From Mobula hypostoma (Eukaryota), in contig NC_086097.1 of assembly GCF_963921235.1 (NCBI RefSeq), positions 31,374,001 through 31,438,000 of the forward strand: DNA of 64,000 nt, given 5' to 3'. The notes beneath the pieces were generated by a model. That model was not told the origin of the DNA, did not search any database, and saw only the letters and a program-made list of their open reading frames with translations. Shown in pieces: positions 63,779-64,000 of this stretch. A program made the translations under genes and the position numbers. How positions within the stretch are numbered: position 1 is the stretch's first letter; each line of letters begins with the position of its first letter.

Positions 63779-64000
63779 CCCTGATAGACAAAGGCAAGCA
63801 TGCCAAAGATCACCTTCACCACTGTATAGCATGTTGCTACTTTAAGAAGCTACGTACTTGAACCTTTGGTGGTCTCTGTTCTACAACACTTCCCAAGCCC
63901 CGCCATTCACTGTGCACGTCCTGCCCCAAAATACATCACTTCACACTTGGCTGAGTTCAACTGCATCTGCCATTCCTTGGCCCACTTTCCCAGTTGATCA

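Noticed and set aside
1..64000. ORF-track ORFs as host protein-coding genes; prokaryotic systems such as CRISPR or operons
   Set aside because: Recognisable ORFs are transposon fragments and the rest are short, overlapping and often start at non-ATG codons; there is no regularly spaced repeat-spacer array

Overview
This is eukaryotic, repeat-dominated vertebrate DNA, apparently intronic or intergenic. The repeat families suggest a cartilaginous fish, probably a ray or skate (inference). I find no complete host gene, rRNA, tRNA gene or CRISPR array, and nearly all ORFs in the track are transposon fragments or chance. The window is a nested mosaic of CR1/L2-type LINEs, Rex1/Babar LINEs, one RTE, one R4/Dong element, Penelope-like elements (Neptune-type GIY-YIG), tRNA-derived SINEs, and hAT, Tigger, mariner and Tc1 DNA transposons/MITEs. 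The most notable signal is that the Penelope pseudo-LTRs carry a minimal type-I hammerhead ribozyme (AGTC-CTGAYGA-stem II-GAAAC-GTC^GACT, palindromic loopless stem III). Five copies are fully intact, two more core-intact copies sit back to back in a perfect 98-bp palindrome, and about eight are decayed. Several insertions have 10-15 bp target-site duplications (TSDs), and their inversion junctions cluster at the ribozyme. Non-repeat islands contain one well-signalled 81-nt minus-strand candidate exon (6649-6729), a strong CTCF motif, a DR4 element and a RUNX-site cluster. Boundaries of old repeats are approximate, and family names come from motif recognition, not database searches.
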